NCBI RefSeq assembly: GCF_001194135.2
Contig: NC_068984.1
Coordinates: 128,554,989 to 128,618,988 of the forward strand
Length of the DNA: 64,000 nt
Origin: Octopus bimaculoides
Taxonomy: Eukaryota
Direction: 5' to 3'
Position numbers and translations under genes: made by a program. Below the pieces are notes generated by a model, which worked only from the letters and a program-made list of their open reading frames with translations, did no database searches and had not been told where the DNA came from. Below, piece after piece: positions 1-11,495 of this stretch (the stretch's first letter is position 1; the number at the start of each line of letters is the position of its first letter).

Positions 1-780
1 TTTTTTAAACCTAACAAAACTCTCAACTCTCATGCATCCTTATTTTTCCTACCAATTTATACATGAACTACTATTGAACTACAAAAGCTCAAAGACAATA
101 TAATGTATGGGTATATTTATTTTTTTATATATTATTGTTTTATATATTATTTTCTTCATTTTGTACTTTTTTGTACTTCTTTGTAAAAAAACATTTTCAT
201 TCTCCTTCTTGATAATTTGCTTCATCGCAATGAAAACCGGTTAGAAAAAATCTTCATTAAATTATGCTCCCAGTTCAGCATTCTGGCTTTTTTACATTTT
301 CCTATATATATATATATATATATCATATACACACATTCGCATGTACACTCAACACGCGTGCATGTACAAATGGTCTTTATAGTTAGCAAAACAATAATGA
401 TATACTATATATCATTAGCGGTCAATGTCTCCTGAGGAAACATTTTGACAATCACGAAATAACGTTTCACATTTAATGGTGGTCAGATATTTCAAAATTG
501 ATATTCTTTGTGCTGAGCAGCGAAGTTATAGTCATTTGACTAATGGGTTTAAAATCATCTCACGATATTTTAGAAGATATTAGCAGAACATTTTCTACTT
601 TGAGCCCATCACTGTATAGCTACAAGCTGCGTTAATCTAATTTGATGGTAGCCATCAGTAAATATGTCTTTCTTTAAGTGAAAACAAAAAAAAAAATAAA
701 TGTTACGGGGATGTACTTGCATAGCACGTAACTTGATATGAGATCGTGTGCTGAAACAAAAACAATTGCAGTTTGGAAGA

Positions 781-1038
781 TGTTTATAAGCCATTTAAAA
801 ACCACACAAAAAAAACCGTTAGATTCACTTCAACATTTAAATTTAATTTGTGTCAAAATATTTTCGTCGTATTGAAACCGCGACCTGTTCACTGACAAAA
901 TATCGTGATGCAGCAAGGAGCTTTGTCAGTGAAGAAGTCACGCTTTCAAAGCGACGAAAATATTTTGACACAAATTAAATTTAAATGTTGAAGTGAATCT
1001 AACGGTTTTTTGTGTGGTTTTTAAATGGTTTATAAACA
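781..1038. mobile_element. Foldback MITE / long near-perfect palindrome
   Basis: tgtttataagccatttaaaaaccacac...aatattttcgtcg is mirrored by cgacgaaaatattttg...ggtttataaaca. Inner ttcactgacaaa/tttgtcagtgaa pair with a loop of about 20 nt. Confidence 0.85.
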
Positions 1039-1244
1039 CCTGCAAAAAATAAATACAATAGATTAAAATCGCTGTCACAAATCCTCGTTGACAATCAAAA
1101 CACAACTGAGAATTTAGATTTCGCTCTGCAAAAATAACAATAAAACAAACTATTTAAAAAAGGAAATAGTTTTTTTTTAAAAATTCTATTTCATAATTTG
1201 CTTTCACGATTAGATACAACTTACCATTAATATGTAGTTTTGTA

Positions 1245-1458
1245 AGGCGGCGAGTTGGCAGAAATGTTAGCACGCCGGGCGAAATGCTTAGCGGTGTTTC
1301 GTCTGTCTGTACGTTCCGAGTTCAAATTCCACCTAGGTCGACTTTGCCTTTCCTCTTTTTAGGGTTGATAAATTAAGTACCAGTTGCATACTTAGATCGA
1401 TCTGATCAACTGGCCCCTTTCCCAAAATTTCGGGCCTTGTACCTAGAGTAGAAAACAA
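1245..1458 (+). mobile_element. SINE family A copy
   Basis: ggcggcgag.tggcagaa..gttagcacgccgggcgaaatgcttagcgg...gttcaaattcc...gtcgactttgccttt...; this sequence recurs more than 15 times in the window. Confidence 0.8.
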
Positions 1459-1607
1459 TATGTGCTTCTGTAAATTTCTAGGTGGGGTGACGGCGGTGGT
1501 GGTATTTCGTCGTTTAGCTCCAAGACAATAAAAAAAAAAACCTGACGAGCCTTCCTATTATGAAAAACATGCTAACCATCTCTTCTATACATATACATAC
1601 ACATATA

Positions 1608-1880
1608 TGTGGTGTGACCTAGTGGTTAGGGATAGCTAGATCGTGGGTTCAATTCCAGGACCGGGCGGCGCGTTGTGTTCTTGAACAAAACACTTAGTTT
1701 CACGTCACCCCAGTCCACTCAGCTGTAAATGAGTATCCCTGCGACGGAATAGTCTTCCAGTCTGGTGGAATATTGGTCTGCTCTCTTAGTCAGCGGGTGG
1801 TGTCATTTGAAGGCTAAAACAATGCGAAGCGCATTGTGACTAGCGATGTGTAACAACATCCGATAGTCTTGTCAATACTG
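1608..1880 (+). mobile_element. tRNA-headed SINE (family C)
   Basis: A-box/B-box-like head gtggtgtgacctagtggttaggg...ggttcaattcc followed by a ccactcagctgtaaatgagta core. Confidence 0.6.
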
Positions 1881-2199
1881 AGATACCTTGATGTATGTAT
1901 GTATGCATACATATATGAGTGAATAAACAAAAGAAGGTAGCATTATAAAACGCTTTAGCTGTAATCCACTACAAAACATTCAGTTGTTATTCAATATAAT
2001 ATTGAAACAAATGTAGTTGTTATCCCACAGTATCAATAATTTCATGGCCTCATATAATACGTACAAGGATAGTTGTTTATCTGCTGTTGATGAATTATTA
2101 TGCTATACTAGTATCTGATTTCAAATCCCATCGCAGTCAGTTTTTACTTTTTATGCTTCCGAGGCCGACAGAATAAAGTACCAAGGAATTTATTACTTT

Positions 2200-2640
2200 C
2201 TTCCTTCCTTACTTTCTGAAGCATTTCGCTCCCCATGAAGCATAAGGTCATTGACAATTTTTCTCCACTGTTCTTAGCTCTGAACCGCTTATTCTGCTTC
2301 TTTCCACTTGGATCCCTACTTTTTCGGCTCTGAAATGGGCAGATTCTCAGCTGATAAGAGCTTCACCATCTGAGCCACCTATACTGTCTTTCTCGTTTCA
2401 TATATCGTCTTGATGTTCCTTGCCGGAAGGCCTTCCTCTCCCGAATCTTCTTGGCTTTGAATTGTTGTAGATGCTTCAGTATCTTTAGTTTTTTTCTGGG
2501 TAGGGATGTTGGCCTTAAACAAACCAACCTTTACCTCTGGTAAGAAGTGGTCCAACAAGGATCTTGTGCTCTGATAGAATAGCCCTCAGAGTAATTGAGG
2601 TACACAAACTACCTCACCACAATAAGGATTGGCTCTTTTG
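2200..2640 (-). mobile_element. Degraded RTE-like LINE 3' fragment
   Basis: Minus-strand remnant resembling the basic RTE RT C-terminal region (KKIRERKAFRQG-like), with stops and frameshifts. Confidence 0.35.
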
Positions 2641-2949
2641 GTTGTTACTACGGTCGACTGAATTGACTGTATCCTCGCCTCGAAAGCCACCTTAATAGCA
2701 TTCTAGCTCGCTCTTCGTCCATATCCCAGCCACCGAGCAAAGAAATGAATGTATTGGAGCCCCTACCTACACAAGCACAGCATAAACAAGTTCGCATTAA
2801 GTCCCTAAGCCTGAGGGGGCCCGGGTAATGACCTAGTGCGCCTATAACTGAAAATGGCATTGCTCGCTCTAAATTTTTGAGCCTCTGCTATAAATAAATA
2901 CTCTGGAAATAACCATTAGTTTTAAGCAGATCTTTAATAATTGTATCGT

Positions 2950-3087
2950 TAAAAAGTTAGGTTCGCAACCAAGTGGTTTCTGGTTCAGTTCCACTACGCA
3001 GCGTCTGAGGCACGTGTCTTCCACTATAATTCCGGGCGGACTAATGCTTTGTTAAGTGAATATGGTAGATGATGATTGTATGGAAGC

Positions 3088-3134
<47 letters not shown>

Positions 3135-3143
3135 GTGCGTGTG

Positions 3144-3175
<32 letters not shown>

Positions 3176-3280
3176 TGTGTGTGTGTGTTTCCTCACTGGG
3201 TTAGATTTGTTCGATTAATCACTTCAAGACTGTGTTCCAGCATGGCCACAGTCCAATGACTGAAACAAGTAAAAGAAAAC
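2950..3280 (+). mobile_element. SINE family B copy with internal (TG)n/(TGCG)n
   Basis: ggttcagttccactacgcagc...gtgtcttccactata head and catggccacagtccaatgactgaaacaagtaaaag tail, shared with the other family B copies. Confidence 0.7.
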
Positions 3281-3867
3281 TAATCGTCATATTTAATTTG
3301 ACTTCATGAAATTACATTCTTTTCAATCAGTTCTTGTGACAGACATTTTGAACATAATCTTTGTTGTCCAATATTAAAACTAATCGCACGATGCTAACTG
3401 GCTTCATAATACAAAACGAAGTTTTAGCTAAATACTTCAACTTAATAGTATTTGGTATTGTTATGGTATCAACTGGTTTAAACCTAATATCTCCCAACAA
3501 TAAGGAGAGTCCGAACTTTCTTTTTGATTGCTATTTCAATTAATTTTCCTCTGGTAAGAACATTTAATACACACGGCTCTATAGAATTAAAATAAAAGAT
3601 GAAGAAAATGAGGTCTGCATTTTAGAAACAGTTTCATCATATGTTCATAAGCTCCTGTAGCTGCGAGGATTTCTGTATGTAAGAAAGCTTTTGTAATATC
3701 AAGATGATCTCCTAGTATATGTCGTCCGATTATTATGTCTTTACAAGAGAATAGGCTGACACTTTTCTTTAATGAACGGATTACTTATATTACAAATCAA
3801 TATATGCTTAATAATATTGACCAGAAAATAATTGTAAATCAACAAAGGATCAGTAATATCGACTATT

Positions 3868-3873
3868 TTTAAT
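3868..3873 (-). promoter_or_regulatory. Candidate polyadenylation signal (ATTAAA) of the Kunitz gene
   Basis: First ATTAAA-type hexamer I found on the minus strand downstream of the stop, about 165 nt away. An alternative lies at 3563-3568. Confidence 0.25.
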
Positions 3874-4036
3874 AATGCAAAAAATACACAAATGGACATT
3901 GAAAGATGGATATAAAAATTTACCTCAGAGTATTAAAGAGCGCAAGGAAATAATGCAAATAAAAATAATAATATGCTTATGGAAAATTCAAGTAAATCGA
4001 AGTTATCAAATATTCATGTTTACATTGATTAGATTT

Positions 4037-4239
4037 TCAATTGCGAGTTTGATAATCATATACAGGTCCTCTTGAAGAACAGTAATTCAAGCAATCTCTC
4101 TTCGTATAGAAGTTATTACCGTTGCCACCACATCCACCATACTGGAACATACGACAAGTTCCATAAGTTCGGTCATAATAAAATCTGGTCATTTTAGCCA
4201 AACAGAAACCAGGCTCTGGCCGCATGGCACAATAATTAC
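4037..4239 (-). CDS. Coding exon 6 (terminal): Kunitz/BPTI domain 2 and stop codon
   Basis: Acceptor ttttatcgcag| at 4240/4239. [53 protein letters not shown]...TRN then TGA at 4039-4037. Canonical Kunitz signature. Confidence 0.93.
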
Positions 4240-7200
4240 CTGCGATAAAATGAAATAAAATAAAATAAAATATCAAAATCATATTAGTTTTAGATTGTAT
4301 CGCAAACGATTATTTTGTTCCAGTATTAAATAATCAAACCAGAAATCAATTTTCTAGACAAAATTTCCAATCTATTCAACAAATATAAAAGAGATATTGT
4401 AAATCAATCTCAACAGAGATGTTGCTAGATAAAATGCGATGCTGATAGCAAACTATCGATTTCATTATTTTTTTTCCGATGTAAAAGTTGTTGTTAAAAG
4501 TTTTAACTTCACCTTATATATATATTTTGTAATGGCCTAGTCAGAGGAAGAAGAAAACTAACCATGATCTTTTATGCAGAATCTCTAAGGATGGTGTAAG
4601 AAAAGGAAATTGAAAGCACGACACACAGGTTCTAATAGTAAGAAGCATAACTTCAGATACCGACGTAAGACCCGGTTCCCAAGCTTGTAACGAAGGGGAT
4701 TTCGCTAAAACTACAGGAGGCTCAAGTGGTGGTGTTAAACCAGGCGATATTCAAATGGCATACATACATGTATGCATACATACATACATACATACATACA
4801 TACATGCATACGGATTCATACACTTATTGCAGCGGTCCTTCAGTTTCACTAAGCCCTGTAAAAGAATTCGGAAGGCTGGGCCCCCAACCAAGCCTTTCGC
4901 GACACCCTTAAAGCCAGAAACTTTTTTGCACCTTCTCATACATAAAAGACCTCCTTCGGTCACGAGTGACCATGAGATTGCACCTAGAAAGTTTCCCTCC
5001 GAAGTACAAGTCCGGGAAAATTTGTTTGTGCAAGACCAGCAGTCGCCCATGCATACCAGTTGCCCACCTCTACGTCACAGATGCTGTCCAAAAAAAGGGC
5101 AATAGCCACTAGAACTTGGCACGAGTGACGTTGCAACTCATTTCTACAGCTAAGTGAAATGGAGCAACGTGAAATAAAGTGTAAACATACATACATAGTC
5201 ACTTATAAAAAAACAGAAGTAAAGAAAGCGAAAAAAACAAAAACAAAAACAAACAAACGTGTGGACGTAGCACAAGAAATTTATTAATAAGTCGTTCAGA
5301 GAAGGAAAAGAGTAGTAGGTTTACGTTTCGAGCATAGCTCTTCTTCGAAAACAGGAAGATCAAGAAAGCCCCAGAGGAAAGAGGAAAAAAAAAGTCGTCA
5401 ACATTCACGTGCAGTTACATTTTTGAAGTAACCAGAAGTTGAAGGAACGAAGAGAAAGTGCCTTCTGGGACAGGAGAGTGTGAAAATGGTCAGTATGTGT
5501 GTGTGTGTGTGTGGTAGCATGTGTATGTAAGTAACTGCGCGCGTGTGTAAGTAACTGCGTATGTGTGTGTGTGGTAGCGTGTGTGTGGGTGTGTGGTAGG
5601 ATCTGTGTGCGTGTGTTAATGTCGCTCTGAAAGGTCAGCAGCTATAGTGACAGGTGTGTGAGTGGGTGGGTGTGACAGTGTATGTGTTTGTGTTTGAATG
5701 CGTGCGTAGATGGAAGGGTCAATAATGAGTTAGAGGCAGATGCAGTCTGAAGAGGATGTGAGACTGGGTGGGTGTGGTTGTGTGTTTGTGTGTGTGTGTT
5801 GGCATGTGTGCTTAGACGGAGTGGGAATGTACATGTGTGTGTGTGTGTACACATGTGTATGAGTGCGTGTGTGTATCACTCTGTCTGTGTGTGTCTCTCT
5901 CTCTCTTGCTTTATATATATATGTGTGTGTGTGTACGTGTGTTCCTGTGCGAATGTGTGTGTGTGTGAGGAGATGTGTATGTGTGTGTGAGGAGATGTGT
6001 ATGTGTGTGGGGGATGTATGTGTGTCTATATGCGTATGAGTGTGTGAAAGTGTATGTACGAGCGTGTATATGTGTGCGTGCGTTGTGTGTGTGGAGAGCC
6101 ATGCATGCATACATACATAGAAATAGAAAGACAGACAAAAGACATGCATTATATATTTATATACACATATATATGCATACACGCATACATGCTCTTATAC
6201 ATAGCTATATACATACATAAAGCATACACTCGCACACAAACATGCATACACACATGCACACTTATACACGTATGAATATATGCATGCATACATACACATA
6301 TACATCCATAAATGCACACTCATGCATACATACACGAACACATACAGAATGTGTATATTTCATATACATATATTCCATTCAAAATCAGTCAAAAGATAAC
6401 ATTTATAGAAAACTAGCAGCTAAGCCTGGTTTCACCCGGTCGGTTTGGATGATGTGGCTGTAAAACCTGCTCTGTGTAAGCATTCGACTTGTTTGGGCAC
6501 GCTTACGTTGAAAAACAATTTTAGAATGACTTTTTTCTGTCAAAACGCTAAAAATAACTGACCAACAACAAAATAAAAGCAATCAAAATTCAACCAAATC
6601 AAAAAATAAACCCAAATACTAAGCGAACAATGATGAACCATCCCACTTCCATTGCACGCGCACACGCACACACAAACACACTCACACACACACATTCACA
6701 TACCCTCTTTTACATACACACACATATATTCACAAAGAGTTGAAACGCTGTTTGATTTCTTCAGCGTACAATTTTCATCATCCCACTACCAAGTATGACA
6801 TCACCCTTCCTTTCTTATTCATCTATCACCACTTCCTTTCTCATTCATAAACACAAGAGTATTATTATAGTAGATTATCTTGGTAACCATGGGAGTTATG
6901 AAAAAAAAAAATACAAAGCCCAGCAACACCACCGGATCATTCTACACTTGTGTGTAATTTTTCGCGCAATTCCACTCAGCCGTTTGACCGTGAATCCAAA
7001 GACAAGAAAGAATCGCCCATGTCAAATTTATATCTATAGACGGCACTGTCATGGTATTAGCTGTCAGAATTGAAAGTAGAACTGACAAGGAACGTTACTG
7101 CTGGTTTGAGTTGATTCTTTGGCTACTGACTAGCCGGAGCTATCTATCTGTCTGTCTGTCTATCTATCTCACTCTCTCTCTATATCTATCTATCACTCGT

Positions 7201-9799
7201 TCACCTCTGTTTGTGTCCGTAGAATTTATCAAATTAGAAAACGCAAATTTAATAAAGAGAGCAGTGAAAATATGCAGAATGTTTCTAAAACATCAGTCAA
7301 ACAAATCTTTCCTATTGTCATATNNNNNNNNNNCGCGGACGCGCGGACGCGCGACTGCGCGTTCGGGACCACTCTGCTTTAGTAGTACCCTTATACTCTG
7401 TGTGTTTTCAAACGCATGGATATAGGTGTTAAATTTGTTCCAATAACTTTCGAGTGATAGATAGATAGATAGAGAGAGAGACAGACAGACAGATAGCTCG
7501 CTCCGGCCAGTCATGGTATTAGCTGTCAGTAGCCAAAGAATCAACTCAAACCAGCAGTAACGTTCCTTCAGATTTTTCTACTTTCACTTCTGACAGCTAA
7601 TACCATGACAGTGCCGTATAGACTACTCCGAAATCTGGAATTTTTCTATCCAGATTATAAATTTACATTTGTATCGATAATCCTCAACTAAATATGTAAA
7701 CAATAATCTTGGAAAGTTGATATAAAGATTTCGCAAATTTAATAAAGAGAGCAGTGAAAATATGCAGAATGTTTCTAAAACATCAGTCAAACAAATCTTT
7801 CCTATTGTCATATACATTCCATTGAGGCGTTTTGTTTCTATCCTTTTCTTTATTGGAATACTTCAAACAGTTAGAAAGCGAATATATATATATGTCTGGA
7901 TCTTTCAGTCGGTTCAAACAATTCCAAGCATTTGAGTCATTGAACTTAATCCCCAGGCTGACTCAGTGTGACATTAGGCTCTCGAATCACACAGACAGTT
8001 TACCATATTGATATCTACGGATTTATAAGGGTTGGGACATAATAATATGGCAGCAGGTACTTGACCAAAGAACCACGCAACAGAATCAAATCCGGAACCT
8101 CGTGTGTCAACTTCTTAAAGTCAGTGCACATAAATGTGTATACAAGTATGTATGTATGTATGTATGTATGTATGTATGTATGTATGTATGTATGTATGCA
8201 TGTATGTATGTATGTATGTATGTATGTTTCATTTAATGAACACAGGAGCTAAACGTGGACTACTTCAAGTTTCAAGCTCGCTAAGTGCAGTCATCGAACC
8301 AGTTTGTATTGCGTTCCTTGCACGATTCGGCAATCGTTCAGGCTCATATGAGAGGGCTACTTCGTAAGGAAATGCAAGAAAGAGAAAACTGAGAAGAAAA
8401 AGTTAAGGGAAAAGGGGAATAAAGGCTATATATCTCATGCATATATGTATATATGCATTCATTTATGCATGCAGACATGTATACACACATGCCTGTATAA
8501 ACATACATGTAATGTCATTTACATATACTCATTCAATAACTACAGTCATGATATATATGTATTTATATGTATCCTAGACCTGGGCTTCCTTCAAGTGAAC
8601 ACAAGCAAAATACCTCAGACACAATATGGCATATATTCACCTCTGCTATCTCAGCCTTTGCTGCAGCAACTATTTCCGGATTATTCCCACAAGGATTACT
8701 TTACACGGATACTTACTACTGGAATGAAACTACACTCCAAGTACTGTTCTCTCTTTCTTTCTTTTTTTCAGCACATCACACTCACTTCATACTAAAACTC
8801 TCGCCTATGGATATAATAATCGATTCCTTTACTATTTCTGTCTCCGATGAAGGGAAGTACTGGATCTTCCCAGAAACAGCTGTAAGACTCTATCCATAAA
8901 ATATATTTCCAACCTTACCATTGCTCTCTTTATCCTTTATATATATATATATATATATATATACTTAAAATATNNNNNNNNNNNNNNNNNNNNNNNNNNN
9001 NNNNNNNNNNNNNNNNNNNNNNNNNNNNNNNNNNNNNNNNNNNNNNNNNNNNNNNNNNNNNNNNNNNNNNNNNNNNNNNNNNNNNNNNNNNNNNNNNNNN
9101 NNNNNNNNNNNNNNNNNNNNNNNNNNNNNNNNNNNNNNNNNNNNNNNNNNNNNNNNNNNNNNNNNNNNNNNNNNNNNNNNNNNNNNNNNNNNNNNNNNNN
9201 NNNNNNNNNNNNNNNNNNNNNNNNNNNNNNNNNNNNNNNNNNNNNNNNNNNNNNNNNNNNNNNNNNNNNNNNNNNNNNNNNNNNNNNNNNNNNNNNNNNN
9301 NNNNNNNNNNNNNNNNNNNNNNNNNNNNNNNNNNNNNNNNNNNNNNNNNNNNNNNNNNNNNNNNNNNNNNNNNNNNNNNNNNNNNNNNNNNNNNNNNNNN
9401 NNNNNNNNNNNNNNNNNNNNNNNNNNNNNNNNNNNNNNNNNNNNNNNNNNNNNNNNNNNNNNNNNNNNNNNNNNNNNNNNNNNNNNNNNNNNNNNNNNNN
9501 NNNNNNNNNNNNNNNNNNNNNNNNNNNNNNNNNNNNNNNNNNNNNNNNNNNNNNNNNNNNTATATATATATATATATATATATCTTTTCTTTCCTTTCCT
9601 GAGCGTCCAATAACACCGTACTTATTCCATGTCCTCACGATGTTTTTTCGTGTTTTTTCTTGCGTGTTCATGTTGAAATTGATTATATATATACACACAT
9701 ACATATATATACATGCACATATTTTCACATCATACATACATATCCACGCAAACGTGCATGTATACCTCATATATACATGTGTACATTTATTCATACATA

Positions 9800-9849
<50 letters not shown>

Positions 9850-9923
9850 TGCATATACACATACATAAATACTTATATACATATACACATATACATAATA
9901 CACACACGTACATATACATGCAT

Positions 9924-9975
<52 letters not shown>

Positions 9976-10141
9976 GGGAGAATATACAAAAAATAACAAC
10001 AGACGAGGACAGGTGGTGTAAATAAGAAAAGTATATATTAGTATGACGCTCGGGAATACGGAAAGTCTTTGACGTTTCGAGCTACGCTCTTCAACAGAAA
10101 GAATACGGAGACAAGGAGAAAAACACGGAGAAAAAAAATTG

Positions 10142-10177
<36 letters not shown>

Positions 10178-11451
10178 NNNNNNNNNNNNNNNNNNNNNNN
10201 NNNNNNNNNNNNNNNNNNNNNNNNNNNNNNNNNNNNNNNNNNNNNNNNNNNNNNNNNNNNNNNNNNNNNNNNNNNNNNNNNNNNNNNNNNNNNNNNNNNN
10301 NNNNNNNNNNNNNNNNNNNNNNNNNNNNNNNNNNNNNNNNNNNNNNNNNNNNNNNNNNNNNNNNNNNNNNNNNNNNNNNNNNNNNNNNNNNNNNNNNNNN
10401 NNNNNNNNNNNNNNNNNNNNNNNNNNNNNNNNNNNNNNNNNNNNNNNNNNNNNNNNNNNNNNNNNNNNNNNNNNNNNNNNNNNNNNNNNNNNNNNNNNNN
10501 NNNNNNNNNNNNNNNNNNNNNNNNNNNNNNNNNNNNNNNNNNNNNNNNNNNNNNNNNNNNNNNNNNNNNNNNNNNNNNNNNNNNNNNNNNNNNNNNNNNN
10601 NNNNNNNNNNNNNNNNNNNNNNNNNNNNNNNNNNNNNNNNNNNNNNNNNNNNNNNNNNNNNNNNNNNNNNNNNNNNNNNNNNNNNNNNNNNNNNNNNNNN
10701 NNNNNNNNNNNNNNNNNNNNNNNNNNNNNNNNNNNNNNNNNNNNNNNNNNNNNNNNNNNNNNNNNNNNNNNNNNNNNNNNNNNNNNNNNNNNNNNNNNNN
10801 NNNNNNNNNNNNNNNNNNNNNNNNNNNNNNNNNNNNNNNNNNNNNNNNNNNNNNNNNNNNNNNNNNNNNNNNNNNNNNNNNNNNNNNNNNNNNNNNNNNN
10901 NNNNNNNNNNNNNNNNNNNNNNNNNNNNNNNNNNNNNNNNNNNNNNNNNNNNNNNNNNNNNNNNNNNNNNNNNNNNNNNNNNNNNNNNNNNNNNNNNNNN
11001 NNNNNNNNNNNNNNNNNNNNNNNNNNNNNNNNNNNNCCTAACCCTAAAACTAACCCTAACTCTAGAATCCGAACTCTAAAATTGTTACACACATAGATAC
11101 GCACAGCGTAATTTATTATATAAACAATATATGCGTATAAATTACGATTAAACCGGATGAAATATGTCACAGGGTATAACATTTTTATGACCGCTCAGCA
11201 GTAACTCTATTGAGCTGAATTGACGTCAGTGATTGGTTGAAATTACAGAAATACGACAACTTTAACATGGAATAACTTGCGATGTACGTTTTTTTGTTAA
11301 GAAGACTAAGAGTAAAAGATGTCTTATATGACACATTCTACCAGTGTCCCAAGTTTCAAAGTGTTTCGTTAGTGTTTTGTTAAGAAAATACTGGTGCCCC
11401 CGTTTTGAAATAGATCCAGTTAGGCTATTATAACAGTCATATATACATATG

Positions 11452-11495
<44 letters not shown>

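Noticed and set aside
1608-1680. tRNA-like A/B boxes (also at about 24370-24442 and 42685-42755)
   Set aside because: These are SINE heads without a complete cloverleaf and continue into repeat bodies; they are not tRNA genes.
7230-7813. Direct repeat of about 85 bp (7231-7323 and 7731-7813)
   Set aside because: The first copy ends exactly at a 10-N gap and is identical to the second, so it is most likely an assembly overlap or haplotype artefact.
8567-8899. 110-aa plus-strand ORF
   Set aside because: Lies within a Penelope-like terminal region and has no domain or splice support.
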